The notes: a model not told the origin generated them from the sequence alone. Shown: positions 18,230 to 29,169, counted from the stretch's first letter. The stretch is DNA of 64,000 nucleotides from Candidatus Bathyarchaeota archaeon (GCA_963707955.1 OY970176.1:992001-1056000); one strand, 5' to 3'. Translations and numbers: made by a program.

Positions 18230-19174
18230 CTACTTTGCGGAGACATTGCCATATTTTTCCGCAAACTTCAACGCGCCCTGCACACTGTGGTCAAACACCA
18301 CTCCGCCTAGAACCGGATGAGCTTTGACATATTTCACGGCTTTGCGGACAGATTCGTCGCTCTCAAGAATCTTGTCGCGAATGGCTTCAAAACCTTGCTT
18401 GTTCCGCAGTCCTTGTTCTGCAATGGACACCCAAAGCTTCAGTTGGTTCGCGTACGCTCGCAGCTTCTCAACCGCGCTGATTGCCTTGCCAAAATGACTA
18501 TAATACAGAGCCTTTGGATTAAGACCTATCAGCTTCTCCAAGGAAACCAGTGAGGCGTCCAAGCGGAAAGGCGGAGGTATGGTGGGCACGACAGCGTCGA
18601 TGTCTTTCAAGTAAATGCCGGCAGCGTCTCCTGGGAAGATTCCGCCGCTGAATGTTTCATAATAGCTCTGATGGTGAGAAGCGTGTCCGAGGGTTTCCAC
18701 AACTCTAAGTCTAACGTTGTTTCCAATGTCCACGGTCAAACCTTCTGCGGCTGCGATGATTCGCTCGGCCGGAACAGGCTCAGGCGCACCGTACAGTTCT
18801 GTTATCTCCTTTCCGAGAACTTCGCTTGACTGTTGCCAGAGTTTTTCGGGGTTCACGAGGTGAGAGGCGGCTGCAGGATGTACTATGACCTTTGCTTTCG
18901 GCAAGTTCCTCATGAGGGTTCCGACGCCTCCGCCATGGTCCAAGTGGATATGAGTGACGGCAACATAAGCAACATCTTCCAGTCTGACGTTAAGCTTCTC
19001 TAAGCCAGAAAGCAGGTTGGGCACCGAGGACGTAGGACCGGTTTCAACAATCGCCACCTGCTTTCCCTTTAGAACATAGCTGGCGATGAAATTCTCAAGT
19101 CCGCCTGGCGAAACGTCGACCAGAAATATGTGCTCCTCAAGTCTTGTCACGTTCATTTCAACATGAACCGCCAA
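18230..19174 (-). CDS. MBL-fold metallo-hydrolase
   Basis: THIHLDHGGG, GHASHH, GDAAG, SHFG. Confidence 0.93.
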   Translation of the reverse strand: MAVHVEMNVTRLEEHIFLVDVSPGGLENFIASYVLKGKQVAIVETGPTSSVPNLLSGLEKLNVRLEDVAYVAVTHIHLDHGGGVGTLMRNLPKAKVIVHPAAASHLVNPEKLWQQSSEVLGKEITELYGAPEPVPAERIIAAAEGLTVDIGNNVRLRVVETLGHASHHQSYYETFSGGIFPGDAAGIYLKDIDAVVPTIPPPFRLDASLVSLEKLIGLNPKALYYSHFGKAISAVEKLRAYANQLKLWVSIAEQGLRNKQGFEAIRDKILESDESVRKAVKYVKAHPVLGGVVFDHSVQGALKFAEKYGNVSAK

Positions 19175-19257
19175 GTGTTGGTGAAGTCTTAGCTGCCGCT
19201 AACCGTTTAAACATTTTCCTAGAAGCAGAAAACCTGCAGATTCGAATATGACCCTTA

Positions 19258-19485
19258 CTACTTGCGCAGCTGCTTCTTCTTCTCTCCAGGATCGGGCTCA
19301 GGCTCACCTGCGCCAAGAAGCACTCTGAGCGACCTAACTTCCTCTCTCAGCATGCTTACCTCACTCTCTAGGGCTTTAGCCTTAGAGTCGGCCATCTTCT
19401 TAAGCTCCTCAATCTCCAGCAGAAGATTCTTGCGCTCATTTTCCAAAGTCCTGAGATGCTCTACCATGTTCTTAAGATTGCTCAT
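19258..19485 (-). CDS. small coiled-coil protein
   Basis: Heptad-rich ORF; GGAG upstream of the ATG. Confidence 0.75.
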   Translation of the reverse strand: MSNLKNMVEHLRTLENERKNLLLEIEELKKMADSKAKALESEVSMLREEVRSLRVLLGAGEPEPDPGEKKKQLRK

Positions 19486-19572
19486 GAACGTGACTCCTTG
19501 TTCTCCCCGCTCGATACAAACTGATATGACAAATTTAAAGATTTTTGCAGAAGCCACGTTGGTGGAAGCGTT

Positions 19573-20010
19573 CTATATGTCAAGTATGAACCTCAGCGTG
19601 ACCTCGCTGGGGTGCTTGATGATTTCCATCCGATGATAAGTCACAGCTTTAACACCTACCTTCTGTAAGTGTTTGCTTGGGTCGAATTGTTCTCCCCATA
19701 TTCTCGCATTAAGCACGAGCCGATCCTGAATTTGGCCTAGGTGCCAGACTTCGAATTTAGAGTAGAGCATCCCGCTTACGTCAAACTTCACGAGCAAAGC
19801 TTCAAGCCAGTTGTAGAGGAGAGCGAACTCGTCTTCACCGGCCACCTCAACCCTGTCTTCAACATTGGGACTTACCTTTTCAACCTCTGTCATGACGTCA
19901 AACATGGCAAGCGCAGCGTTTTCAAAAGCTTCAGCCAAGTCCTTTCCGTAGGCGGCTATGTAGGCATCTGCCGTGTGTTCTAGAAATTCGAAGCCTTTCT
20001 TCTCAGCCAT
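19573..20010 (-). CDS. archease (RtcB cofactor)
   Basis: EHTAD, VKAVTYH and terminal DI. Confidence 0.96.
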   Translation of the reverse strand: MAEKKGFEFLEHTADAYIAAYGKDLAEAFENAALAMFDVMTEVEKVSPNVEDRVEVAGEDEFALLYNWLEALLVKFDVSGMLYSKFEVWHLGQIQDRLVLNARIWGEQFDPSKHLQKVGVKAVTYHRMEIIKHPSEVTLRFILDI

Positions 20011-20245
20011 TTCTTCAACCACGAAAATATTGAACGGGTTAATCTAAAAACAGTTTTGCTCACAGCTGAGAGCGATTTACTCACAGACTCTTGGAAGTTT
20101 TTGACACAGACTGGCGAAAAGTAGGTTGCTTCCGACTTGCTCTGAACAGCTTAAACATTGGACAGAACCTTTTCTTCGTTCATCCTTCACACACTGCTGC
20201 TCAGGCCACATTTCTCTTCAAATACTTCATAGAGGGGCTCATTAG

Positions 20246-20716
20246 CTAGCAAGGGCTTTGAGTGAGTTCCAGAAGAATTTCGACAGCTTTTGTGACAAAA
20301 ACTGTGCACTTTTTCTCGAAGGCATTTGTCTTGACAGCTTTGTCCCGCTGCTCGGGAACCGACAGATCAAATCCGATGAGTTCTTTACATAGGACGCTTC
20401 CGTTCTGCGCCTCAAATTGTTCGTAGAATTTCTGAGCAGTCTGGTACGCCTTCAATCGATTTTTCATCAAAGGCTCATTAGTTCCATACATTACACTAAT
20501 GGCCATCACCCCGCCAGTTAAAGCTTCACAGACTGATCCACATCTTCCGATTCCTCCCCCGAAACCGGTTGCAATCTTGGGAACCAATTCGTTCGTTAAA
20601 TTCAAGTGATCCAACATTGTCAGAAGGACACTTTGAGCACAATTGTAGCCTTCTCTGAAATGCTCTGCAGCTTTTTTACCAAGCTCACTTTTGTGATCCA
20701 AGGGTTCGGTACTCAT
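20246..20716 (-). CDS. C-GCAxxG-C-C family putative redox protein
   Basis: NCAQSV, GFGGGIG...VCEALTGG, LCKEL, C-terminal Cys. Confidence 0.88.
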   Translation of the reverse strand: MSTEPLDHKSELGKKAAEHFREGYNCAQSVLLTMLDHLNLTNELVPKIATGFGGGIGRCGSVCEALTGGVMAISVMYGTNEPLMKNRLKAYQTAQKFYEQFEAQNGSVLCKELIGFDLSVPEQRDKAVKTNAFEKKCTVFVTKAVEILLELTQSPC

Positions 20717-20729
20717 CCTAGAGCTGACG

Positions 20730-21773
20730 CTAAAAGTATTTCGGAACCTTTTGGACAGCGGCAACACAGAGTTTAACAACGTTCTCTGAGTCAGTTAAAC
20801 TGAGCAGCGATGTTGGGCTGTGAATATAGCGTGTTGGAACGGATATGCTGCCACTTGGAACTCCTTCCTTCGCCAAAGATATGCGGCTTGCGTCTGTCCC
20901 GCCTGGCAATCCTGCTTCGAGCTGGTATGGAATCTTGTTTTCCTCCGCCGCATCGACAAGCAGCCTCAACACTTTGGGATGAGTTATAAGCCCATTGTCT
21001 GCAACACTAAGTGACGGCCCCTTGCCAAGCTTCATGGGTGCGTCAGCTTCTTTGACGCCGGGTATGTCTCCGGCTATTGTTACGTCAAGCGCGATACCGA
21101 CGTCAGGGTATATTCCGTAAGCGGATGTCATTGCTCCCCTGCAGCCGACTTCTTCTTGCACTGTTCCGACGGCATACACCGTGCATTCTGTTTTTTCAAG
21201 ACGTTTCATCACTTCAACCATAACCGCGCAACCTATCCGGTCATCGAAGGCCTTGCCTATCACGATGTCTTTTCCAATCTGCGCGAATTTTACGTCAAAC
21301 TCAACGGGGTCTCCGACTTTTACCCCCATTTTCCAAGCTTCTTCTTGGCTTCTTGCCCCGATGTCTATGAACATTTCATCGCTGGCAATGACTCTCTTAC
21401 GTTCGTCTTCTTTCTGTATATGCGGAGGCTTCGATCCTATAATGCCGTGCAGCGGCCCCTTCTCGGTGTAGACCATGACTTTTTGAGCAAGCAGAACGCG
21501 GTCGTCTATCCCGCCTATCTTCATGAATTGCAGAAAGCCCTCTTTCGAAATGGTTTTAACAAGGAGACCTATTTCGTCCATGTGACCAGCAAGCATCACT
21601 CTGGGAGCATTCTTCTTTCCTTCCTTTACGGCTATCACATTCCCAAGCTTATCCTCTTTGATTTCGTCAGAGTAGGGTTTCAAGAACTTCTGAATCAAAC
21701 TTCTAACTTCGTCCTCTCTTCCCGCAACTCCACAAGCGTTTGACAACTTCTCCAACGTTTCAGAAAGCGTCAT
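20730..21773 (-). CDS. M42 (TET) metalloaminopeptidase
   Basis: GHMDEIG, KAFDDRIG, VQEEVG, RYIHSP. Confidence 0.96.
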   Translation of the reverse strand: MTLSETLEKLSNACGVAGREDEVRSLIQKFLKPYSDEIKEDKLGNVIAVKEGKKNAPRVMLAGHMDEIGLLVKTISKEGFLQFMKIGGIDDRVLLAQKVMVYTEKGPLHGIIGSKPPHIQKEDERKRVIASDEMFIDIGARSQEEAWKMGVKVGDPVEFDVKFAQIGKDIVIGKAFDDRIGCAVMVEVMKRLEKTECTVYAVGTVQEEVGCRGAMTSAYGIYPDVGIALDVTIAGDIPGVKEADAPMKLGKGPSLSVADNGLITHPKVLRLLVDAAEENKIPYQLEAGLPGGTDASRISLAKEGVPSGSISVPTRYIHSPTSLLSLTDSENVVKLCVAAVQKVPKYF

Positions 21774-22052
21774 TGCGAATCCTCTTGAAGACCAAACAGT
21801 CTCTGCTGTTTCATATTAAACAATTGCGGTAACTCTTCCCCGCAAAAAGAAAAAAGTCAAACAGAAGCAGCCCAAGAAAATTGCATAGCAAAAATTCCTG
21901 TACCAATTCTGGCGCCTAGAATTGCGGTTCAATGCCCTAGGACTGAAAAAATGACCACTGAGCTTTCTTTGCGTGATTAAGGTCCACAAATGCCGAAGAC
22001 AACGGCAATTCTTAAACCTCACTTGATTTAACAACTACGTCAAGGTGTCGCT

Positions 22053-23015
22053 TTGCCAGAGTCGCAGTTCAAGAAAGTATTCATCTTTTTTGACACTGAT
22101 AAACATGCAAGCCCCTTTGACATACTGACAACCGTGGATATCTTCCCTGAAGCTGAAATTCTCAAGTACGAAAACGTCACCGTCGAGGACGCTGAAAAAA
22201 TAGTCTATGACACGATATTTCCACGCGGGCCTGAAGGCGCAAAACACACGAAAATCTTCATAAACGGACGCGATTTCAGAATAGCAAACGAGATCCTAGA
22301 GAAAATTGAGAAGTGCATGTTTCCCCCGTTTGAAGTCGCAGTCATAATCGACCCTAGAGGCGCGTACACCACAGCCACCGCAGCGGTCGCAAAAACGTTG
22401 GAACTCTCTCTCGCAAGAGGTCTCGGAGACTTTGACAAGAAAAAGATCACGGTGCTGGCCGGAACAGGACCAGTCGGGCAAACAGCCGCAAGACTCTACG
22501 CGGCTGAAAGAGCCGAGGTAATCGTGACTTCCCGTTCCCTCCAGAAGGCTTGTTCTGTGGCGACCAAAATAAACGAGGAACTTGAAGTTGAAAGAGTTCG
22601 AGGCGTAGAAGCCCAAACCGCCGAAGACGTGGGAAAAGCTATTGAGAACGCTGACATGGTTCTTTCGGCAGGAGCTGCAGGAACAGAACTTCTTCCTCTA
22701 GAAGTGCTCAAAAAATGTGGAAAGAAATGCAGCATTGTGGCGGACATCAACGCTATTCCGCCGTTGGGGGTTGAAGGACTAAATTCTAACGCTGATGGAA
22801 AAGAGATTTTGCCTAACATTTTCGGAATTGGCGGGTTGGCAATTGGGAAACTTAAGAACAAGGTTGAAGCGGCACTTATCAGAAAGGCGGCTGAAGAACC
22901 GAAAGGAATCTTCGACTACAGAATAGCTTACGAAATAGCCAAGAGCACTGTAGCCGCAAAGAAAGAAGAAAAGAAACGAGTAGAAGCCGAAACGCCGAAG
23001 CACTGGCTACCTTAA
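22053..23015 (+). CDS. NAD(P)-dependent methylene-H4MPT/H4F dehydrogenase, MtdA/MtdB family
   Basis: DTDKHASPFD, IFPRGP, DPRGAYTTATA, GTGPVG, AGAAG, DINAIPPLGVEG, GGLAIGKLK. Confidence 0.88.
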   Translation: MPESQFKKVFIFFDTDKHASPFDILTTVDIFPEAEILKYENVTVEDAEKIVYDTIFPRGPEGAKHTKIFINGRDFRIANEILEKIEKCMFPPFEVAVIIDPRGAYTTATAAVAKTLELSLARGLGDFDKKKITVLAGTGPVGQTAARLYAAERAEVIVTSRSLQKACSVATKINEELEVERVRGVEAQTAEDVGKAIENADMVLSAGAAGTELLPLEVLKKCGKKCSIVADINAIPPLGVEGLNSNADGKEILPNIFGIGGLAIGKLKNKVEAALIRKAAEEPKGIFDYRIAYEIAKSTVAAKKEEKKRVEAETPKHWLP

Positions 23016-23063
23016 CGCATCTTATTCGCGAGGGCAAGTTGTACCTTTTGCTAGCACAGAGGT

Positions 23064-23360
23064 TCAGACTTGAAGGCTACCTGTGTTGAACCGTTCTATG
23101 GCACGTTCGAGAGCGTCGACCCATACTGCAAGCTCTGGCTTATTTTCGACAGCAACAACCTTTCCCCTATGGTCAACCGTCATTTCAACGACGTTCTTCA
23201 GGATTATCATCGGCTTCTCGGCCGCCCTTCCATCCTCTCCTCTGCGTGGAACCATGACCAAATCTGCGCCGTCAGCCTTGAGAAAAGTGTTCCTATCTAA
23301 GAAGAAGCCGTTTAAATAGCAATTCCTGAGCTTCACCTTCAAACGGCGCAACTCGCTCAT
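23064..23360 (-). CDS. hypothetical protein
   Basis: 98-aa ORF between divergent genes. Confidence 0.65.
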   Translation of the reverse strand: MSELRRLKVKLRNCYLNGFFLDRNTFLKADGADLVMVPRRGEDGRAAEKPMIILKNVVEMTVDHRGKVVAVENKPELAVWVDALERAIERFNTGSLQV

Positions 23361-23537
23361 CCGCGATGCCTTCCACTGGTTTGATAGTTGAAAGGACTCT
23401 TAAGGCTTTGATAATCGAACCGAGCAAAACCTCAAGGGAGAAGCGGACTATTTTTTAGTTTTTGTTTAACCAATTGTTAAATCTCAAAATCGCTTGTAAG
23501 AAAAGAAGTGAAGAATCAACGAGAAGGGTTTCTCTAT

Positions 23538-23858
23538 ATGAGCATAGAAAGGCAGATTGTTTCATACTTGATGAAGTATGGAAACACTAGAGAAATTGAT
23601 CTGATAAGCTATGGCGTGCAGAATTTTGTCCAACCCCCTGAAAAAATGAAGAAGATAATAGACCGTATGGCTGTCAAGGGCAAGATTCACCGCGTCGTCC
23701 ACAACAAGCTCAAGCCACCTGAAGTATACATAGGCCTAGAAGAGTCTCTTCCTATTCACCCGATGATAGAGGACCAAATCGCCAACGATGAAGCTAGGAG
23801 GATTCTTGAAGAAGCAGCTTCAGTGGCCGAGCATACAAGTGGAGATGGACGTCTATAG
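23538..23858 (+). CDS. hypothetical protein (winged-helix-like)
   Basis: wHTH-like pattern. Confidence 0.65.
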   Translation: MSIERQIVSYLMKYGNTREIDLISYGVQNFVQPPEKMKKIIDRMAVKGKIHRVVHNKLKPPEVYIGLEESLPIHPMIEDQIANDEARRILEEAASVAEHTSGDGRL

Positions 23859-24454
23859 AGTTTGACGCTTGCACCATGACATTACTGATTCTGCTTCAGA
23901 ACTAGTCAGTTTTGAAAATAGTTATCGCCAACAGGGAACAATGTGAGAGTCTCGGACGCTTTCGCTTAGATGCCTACTTTAATGGCGAATTACCATCTAG
24001 ACCCCCTTTTTCGCGCCGGTCTTTCAAGCATGGTGCCGACGCAGGGTCAGAAGAAGTGTTGCTGCTCCGGAAATGCATGCAAACCATGCAAGCCAATAGT
24101 TCGAACCAATGTGATCAAAAGCATCTATGGTGGTTTCGTTGACACCTAGAATTAGGGTAACGAGGCCTACTGCCAACAGGAAGATGTCCAATGTTTTAAG
24201 GGGTTTACCTCCAGACTTCAATGCTACGCTCTCCTTCGTGACAGTGCAACTGTGCCCTGTACAAAATACTGCTATTGAATACATGCTAAAAGGCTTCTCG
24301 CATATACTGTGTTTCAAAGAGATTTTCGAAGACTGGCTCCTTCAAAGCTCAGCGCGTGCGCTTAGTCCCCCGTAGCTGGTCGCCTTTGAAGTGACGAGCA
24401 CGATACCGCAACCGCTAAAAGTCTCAAGGAAGATGAAGAAGTACTCAAAGCTGG

Positions 24455-25459
24455 GTGAGTATGTCACAGAGCGCGACGGAGCCAAGGTTTACCGCAAGCG
24501 AAAATGAGCTAGAAGTCGTGGAACGTGGAGAAGACTGGTTTAAGGTTAAACATCGCCACACGGGAAACATTTGCACTATAATGGACACATTCGCCGAAAT
24601 GTTTCCGATGTGGGTTGGAAGAGTCTTGATAACAGGCGATACAGAGAAGTGGGCTCTGGCGGCGGCCACGAACGCAACCGGCCTAGCGACGAGTGTCATA
24701 ATGTCCCCAGCAGAGGCAGGGATAGAGGGAACGGTTTCTTCAGACAAGACTCCCGACAATCGAGCGGGTGTCTTGATGCAGGTGTACCATAACAACAGGT
24801 TTCAGCTGAAAGCGCAGATGATACTGCGTATAGGTCAATGCGTGATGACGTGTCCAACAGTCTCGGCTTTCGACGCTATGCCAAACGCTAAGAGAAAGCT
24901 AAAGGTTGGTCGGAGCTTAAGGTTGTTCGGCGATGGATTCCAAAGAAAGGGCATGGTTGGAGAAAGGAAGGTCTGGAGAATTCCGGTGATGGAAGGGGAC
25001 TTCATCGTTGAAGACAAGTTTGGAGTTGCACAGGCTACGGCGGGCGGCAACTTTCTGATAATGTCAACAAACAAGTCCTCAGGACTTGAGGCCGCGGAAG
25101 AGGCAGCAAAAGCAATCAAGGCCAGGCCAAACGAGGTGATCTTGCCTTTTCCAGGCGGAATCTGCCGCTCAGGTTCCAAAGCCGGCTCGCTCAAGTACAA
25201 GCTTAAGGCATCGACAAACCATCCCTTCTGTCCAAGATTGAGGACACTTATCGCCGATTCACAGGTGCCTGAAGACGTGAACTGCGTGTACGAGATCGTC
25301 ATTAACGGTTTAACGTTGGAAGCTGTTAAGAAGGCCATGGGAGACGGCGTTAAGGCCGCTACGAGCGTGCCCGGCGTTGTGAAGATCTCAGCGGGCAACT
25401 ACGGAGGCAAGCTTGGCCCGTACAAGGCATTCTTGAAAGAAGTTTTAGAAGTGGCCTGA
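24455..25459 (+). CDS. ftr: formylmethanofuran:tetrahydromethanopterin N-formyltransferase
   Basis: DTFAE, TPDNR.G, RIGQCVMTCPT, GGNF, SGSK, ASTN, SAGNYGGKLG. Confidence 0.96.
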   Translation: MSMSQSATEPRFTASENELEVVERGEDWFKVKHRHTGNICTIMDTFAEMFPMWVGRVLITGDTEKWALAAATNATGLATSVIMSPAEAGIEGTVSSDKTPDNRAGVLMQVYHNNRFQLKAQMILRIGQCVMTCPTVSAFDAMPNAKRKLKVGRSLRLFGDGFQRKGMVGERKVWRIPVMEGDFIVEDKFGVAQATAGGNFLIMSTNKSSGLEAAEEAAKAIKARPNEVILPFPGGICRSGSKAGSLKYKLKASTNHPFCPRLRTLIADSQVPEDVNCVYEIVINGLTLEAVKKAMGDGVKAATSVPGVVKISAGNYGGKLGPYKAFLKEVLEVA

Positions 25460-25530
25460 AGTCTGCTCCCAAAATCTTATCTGATGCATTGTAATGTAGG
25501 TTTAAGACAAAAAACGATTTGTGAGAACAG

Positions 25531-26796
25531 TTGAGTACTTCCAAGAAGACTTCTCTGGAACTGTTCAGGCTGAAAAGGACACTGATGACGCTGGCCGACA
25601 AGGAGGGGCGGGGAACCGAGCTTGTTTCACTCTACGTCCCGCCTGGAAAGCAGATAAGCGATGTCATAAACACCCTCAGAGACGAGTACGGAACTGCATC
25701 GAACATAAAGTCAACGACCACGCGCAAGAACGTAATGGAGGCCATCGTGAAGGTTCAACAACGCCTTAAGCTTTTCAAAGAGCCACCCGAAAACGGACTC
25801 GTGATATTCTGCGGAGCAATCCCACAGAACGGCGCGGGCAGCGAGCGAATAGAGACTTACGTGATCGTACCTCCGGAGCCGATACACGTGTACCTTTACA
25901 GGTGTGACGCAAGATTCCACACTGAATACCTGCAGGAAATGCTGAGAGAAAAGGAAACGTACGGCATCCTCCTCGTAGATTCCTCGGGCGCCACGCTTGC
26001 CACGCTGCAGGGCAGAAGACTTGAAATTATCAGGGAATTGACGTCCGGTGTACCGGGAAAAACTCGAGCCGGAGGACAGTCAGCCAGAAGGTACGAAAGA
26101 TTTCGAGAGATGAGGCTTCAAGAGTATTTTACGCGGGTAGGCGAACACGCTAACGAGACGTTTCTGCCTATTGAAAACTTGAAAGGACTGATAATCGGAG
26201 GCCCTGGACCCACGAAATACGACTTCGAAAAGGGAGAATACCTGAACTATATGCTTAAAAACAAGGTCATAGACACGATCGACACTGCTTATGTTGAGGA
26301 GCAGGGAGTAAAAGAAGTTGTTGAAAAAGCTCCTGAAGTGATGCGCAAGGTCCGTTACATCGAGGAGAAGAAGGTGGTCCAACAGTTCCTCTACGAGGTC
26401 GGCCACGACACTGGAAAGATAACCTACGGAGAAGAAGACGTCAGAAGGGCGCTGGAAACAGGTGCTGTTCACATTTTGCTGTTGTCGGAGGGACTGGACA
26501 TGACACGGGTCACATTGAAATGCAGTGCTTGCAGCTACCAGGAGCAGCACACAGTAAAGAACAAGGCTTTTGCAGAGTTTGAACAAAGCCTCATCGGAAA
26601 ACCCTGCCCAAAATGTAAAGCTCCTGCCCTGAACATAGTTGACAGACAAGACCTCATAGACGATTTTGCCAAGCTTGCAGAATACACGAACGCGACGGTA
26701 GAGATAATATCCACAGAAACAGAAGAAGGCCAAATGCTCAAAAACTCTTTCGGCGGAGTAGCCGCAATACTTCGATTCAAGCTTCACGAACAATGA
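25531..26796 (+). CDS. prf1: archaeal peptide chain release factor aRF1
   Basis: TASNIKS, YRCD and GGQSA motifs; C-terminal Zn ribbon. Confidence 0.98.
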   Translation: MSTSKKTSLELFRLKRTLMTLADKEGRGTELVSLYVPPGKQISDVINTLRDEYGTASNIKSTTTRKNVMEAIVKVQQRLKLFKEPPENGLVIFCGAIPQNGAGSERIETYVIVPPEPIHVYLYRCDARFHTEYLQEMLREKETYGILLVDSSGATLATLQGRRLEIIRELTSGVPGKTRAGGQSARRYERFREMRLQEYFTRVGEHANETFLPIENLKGLIIGGPGPTKYDFEKGEYLNYMLKNKVIDTIDTAYVEEQGVKEVVEKAPEVMRKVRYIEEKKVVQQFLYEVGHDTGKITYGEEDVRRALETGAVHILLLSEGLDMTRVTLKCSACSYQEQHTVKNKAFAEFEQSLIGKPCPKCKAPALNIVDRQDLIDDFAKLAEYTNATVEIISTETEEGQMLKNSFGGVAAILRFKLHEQ

Positions 26797-26851
26797 GAGC
26801 AAGGAGCGCATCCATCTGCAGTCTTGATCTAATGGGCCCAAAAAAGGATAA

Positions 26852-28033
26852 GTGTTGAACAGGGTCTACAGTCTGCGGGGGCGTGCGTTGAAACATCCGT
26901 CACTGTATCTAGACTGGTACATCCATGTGCCCAACGTCAAACACGATTTCCGCTCAAGCGGCATAGCATTCTTCAAGCACATTGTGAACCTAGGCGAAGT
27001 TGATTTAAGCGTCAACTATACACACGGCAACCCTGAAGCCCTCAACCAGATAGCCCACTGGTACAGCGTAAAACCCGAAAACGTGTTCATCTCAGGCGAA
27101 GGAGCCTCAGGCCAGAACGCACGAATGATCAGATACCTTGCAGAAAGGAACTCTGAGAAGAGAGAGGCAATAGTGGAGTACCCAACGTATGAACCTCTGC
27201 TAAGGACGGTTCAAGAACACTTCTCTCGCGTCAAAAGACTGGACAGACAGGAAAAAGACGCGTATGCACTTGACGCAGATAGGCTTCGCAAAATCGTCTC
27301 GACGAAAACAGGATTACTCGTCTTTACAAATCCTCACGCTCCAAGCGGAGCAGTGTCCGGTTTGAGTGAGCTCAGAGAAGTGATGAACGTGGCTCGAGAA
27401 TACAGTTTTCACGTGTTGTGCGATGAGATCTACGGTGAATTTGACCGAAAGGCTGTCCCCACACTCTTCTCGGTTGACCCAAAGCTTGGTTTAGTGACGA
27501 CGAGTTTCACGAAAGCCTACGGTCTTGGAGGCCTGAAGCTTGGGGTGGCATTGGCCGAAAAACAGCTGGTTGACGAACTCTACACAGACGTGTTGAACAC
27601 TGTGGGAAATGCCCCGAACATCGTGCAGCTTGTTGGTGCAGAACTTCTAGCCAGAGGGAAGGAAAGGCTTCAGAGGCACAAACAAGAATGGGGTCAGTTA
27701 AAAGAAAAAACTGAAAGGTGGTTTGAAGAAATGGGCCTGGAGTATTTTCCAAACAAGGTCAGTGTGACTTACTGGGTAAAACTGCCAATCAAGGACACGT
27801 ACAAGTGGGTTACTGAACAGACAGTACCGAAATACAACCTGGCCCCCGTGCCCGGCGCGTTCTTTCTCTTCAAAAGCGGCTACAGACTTGTAAGGTCAAA
27901 CATGGTAAGGTTAGGCCTCGGATTGATAAACCCGAAAGACCCAAAACTGACTGAGGCGCTTGAGGCGCTGGAAAGGGCTATAAAAGAACACAAATCTGAC
28001 ACCACGGACAGATTGCAATACCCTTTGGACTAG
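26852..28033 (+). CDS. PLP-dependent aminotransferase class I/II
   Basis: TNPHAPSG, DEIY, SFTKAYGLGG. Confidence 0.9.
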   Translation: MLNRVYSLRGRALKHPSLYLDWYIHVPNVKHDFRSSGIAFFKHIVNLGEVDLSVNYTHGNPEALNQIAHWYSVKPENVFISGEGASGQNARMIRYLAERNSEKREAIVEYPTYEPLLRTVQEHFSRVKRLDRQEKDAYALDADRLRKIVSTKTGLLVFTNPHAPSGAVSGLSELREVMNVAREYSFHVLCDEIYGEFDRKAVPTLFSVDPKLGLVTTSFTKAYGLGGLKLGVALAEKQLVDELYTDVLNTVGNAPNIVQLVGAELLARGKERLQRHKQEWGQLKEKTERWFEEMGLEYFPNKVSVTYWVKLPIKDTYKWVTEQTVPKYNLAPVPGAFFLFKSGYRLVRSNMVRLGLGLINPKDPKLTEALEALERAIKEHKSDTTDRLQYPLD

Positions 28034-28379
28034 TCAGATTCTGCGCGTTTGCAACCTTCCGATCTTTGCCCTTTCGCAGGTTTCACCGTCTAAGTGCCCT
28101 AAACTCTGACGAACTAGTGGATAAGTACACGGAGCGCTAGGGAGCCCGAACTGGAGCAGAGCTCCTTGACAATGAAATAAGGGCTTACACGGGGGCAGGA
28201 GTGAACTTTGGGGAAGCCGTGAACAAAGTCTATAAGCGCCAGCAAAAGAAGCCTTAGCAGCATCCTCGAAAAACCATACTTCAAAGGAAAGCAGCATCTA
28301 CTGACATGTTGCAGTTGGAAGATTGTTCCGCAAACGATTTAGACTTGCGGCGCGCAACAGAGAATTGGAGGACCGCAAA

Positions 28380-28613
28380 TTGCAGACCAGTAGGTTCTTC
28401 ACTGTCGACTTGACGAAGATCAAGGGAAAAGGCGATTTCAGCTGTCCGAAATGCGGAACCACGATTTCTCCCGATGACAGAAGCGAGAAGGCCTACAAGA
28501 TCTTAGAAACGCACGTGAGAGGAGACGAGTTGGACAGCATAATGCTGCAGTGTAATAAGTGCGAGAGCCAGATACACCTAACTGGATTCCACGCGTTGAG
28601 TATGACAAGATGA
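28380..28613 (+). CDS. small Zn-ribbon protein
   Basis: CPKC...ISPDD...CNKC; GGAGG before the TTG start. Confidence 0.8.
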   Translation: MQTSRFFTVDLTKIKGKGDFSCPKCGTTISPDDRSEKAYKILETHVRGDELDSIMLQCNKCESQIHLTGFHALSMTR

Positions 28614-28635
28614 CTATCGTGGCGGTCGTGTCGGT

Positions 28636-29169
28636 TCAAGGCTGGTTTCCGATACTTCCCAAGAGAGTAGCCAGGCTGTTTAAGGTCAAAGGGCGATAGT
28701 GAACCTCATCATCCAGACTAATCAGGAACCCCTCCATGTCGGAGATTTCTAGAAAAGAATAAGCGGCAAGCACTTTCTTGTGGTCTGCGTAATCGGAATA
28801 GTCCTTGTAGTACGCAATGATCACGCCGTCGTACCCTAAGCCCAACCCTCTCTCGAGCATGACGATTCCAAACCTGCTCTTTGCTAGCGCTTGCTTGGCT
28901 CTTCTCCTGGCCCCGTCCACTTCTTCAGTGGCGAGAGTTCTCTTGAGCTTAACAAAGGTTAAGCCTAACAGGTGATAGCCAAGCTTGCGGAAATCGGGAA
29001 CCATGGTGTATTCTTTGATTATTCCCTCTTTTTCCAGTCTTGATCTGAGCCGGGTTACTGTGGGCTGAGAGACCCGGAGCACCTTTGACAGCTCCCTGTC
29101 GCTTCTGCGACTGTTCTTCATAAGCTCAGAAACAAGCTTCAACTCGATTTCTTTCACGTTCACTCCCAA
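28636..29169 (-). CDS. Lrp/AsnC family transcriptional regulator
   Basis: NSRRSDRELSKVLRVSQPTVTR HTH. Confidence 0.92.
   Translation of the reverse strand: MGVNVKEIELKLVSELMKNSRRSDRELSKVLRVSQPTVTRLRSRLEKEGIIKEYTMVPDFRKLGYHLLGLTFVKLKRTLATEEVDGARRRAKQALAKSRFGIVMLERGLGLGYDGVIIAYYKDYSDYADHKKVLAAYSFLEISDMEGFLISLDDEVHYRPLTLNSLATLLGSIGNQP

Noticed and set aside
16678-20010. rtcB-archease clustering as a novel system
   Set aside because: Well-known association
28034-28320. Intergenic hairpins and a GGGCTTAC motif resembling the RNase P RNA 3' end
   Set aside because: The 5' GAGGAA..UC P4 motif is absent and pairings are short
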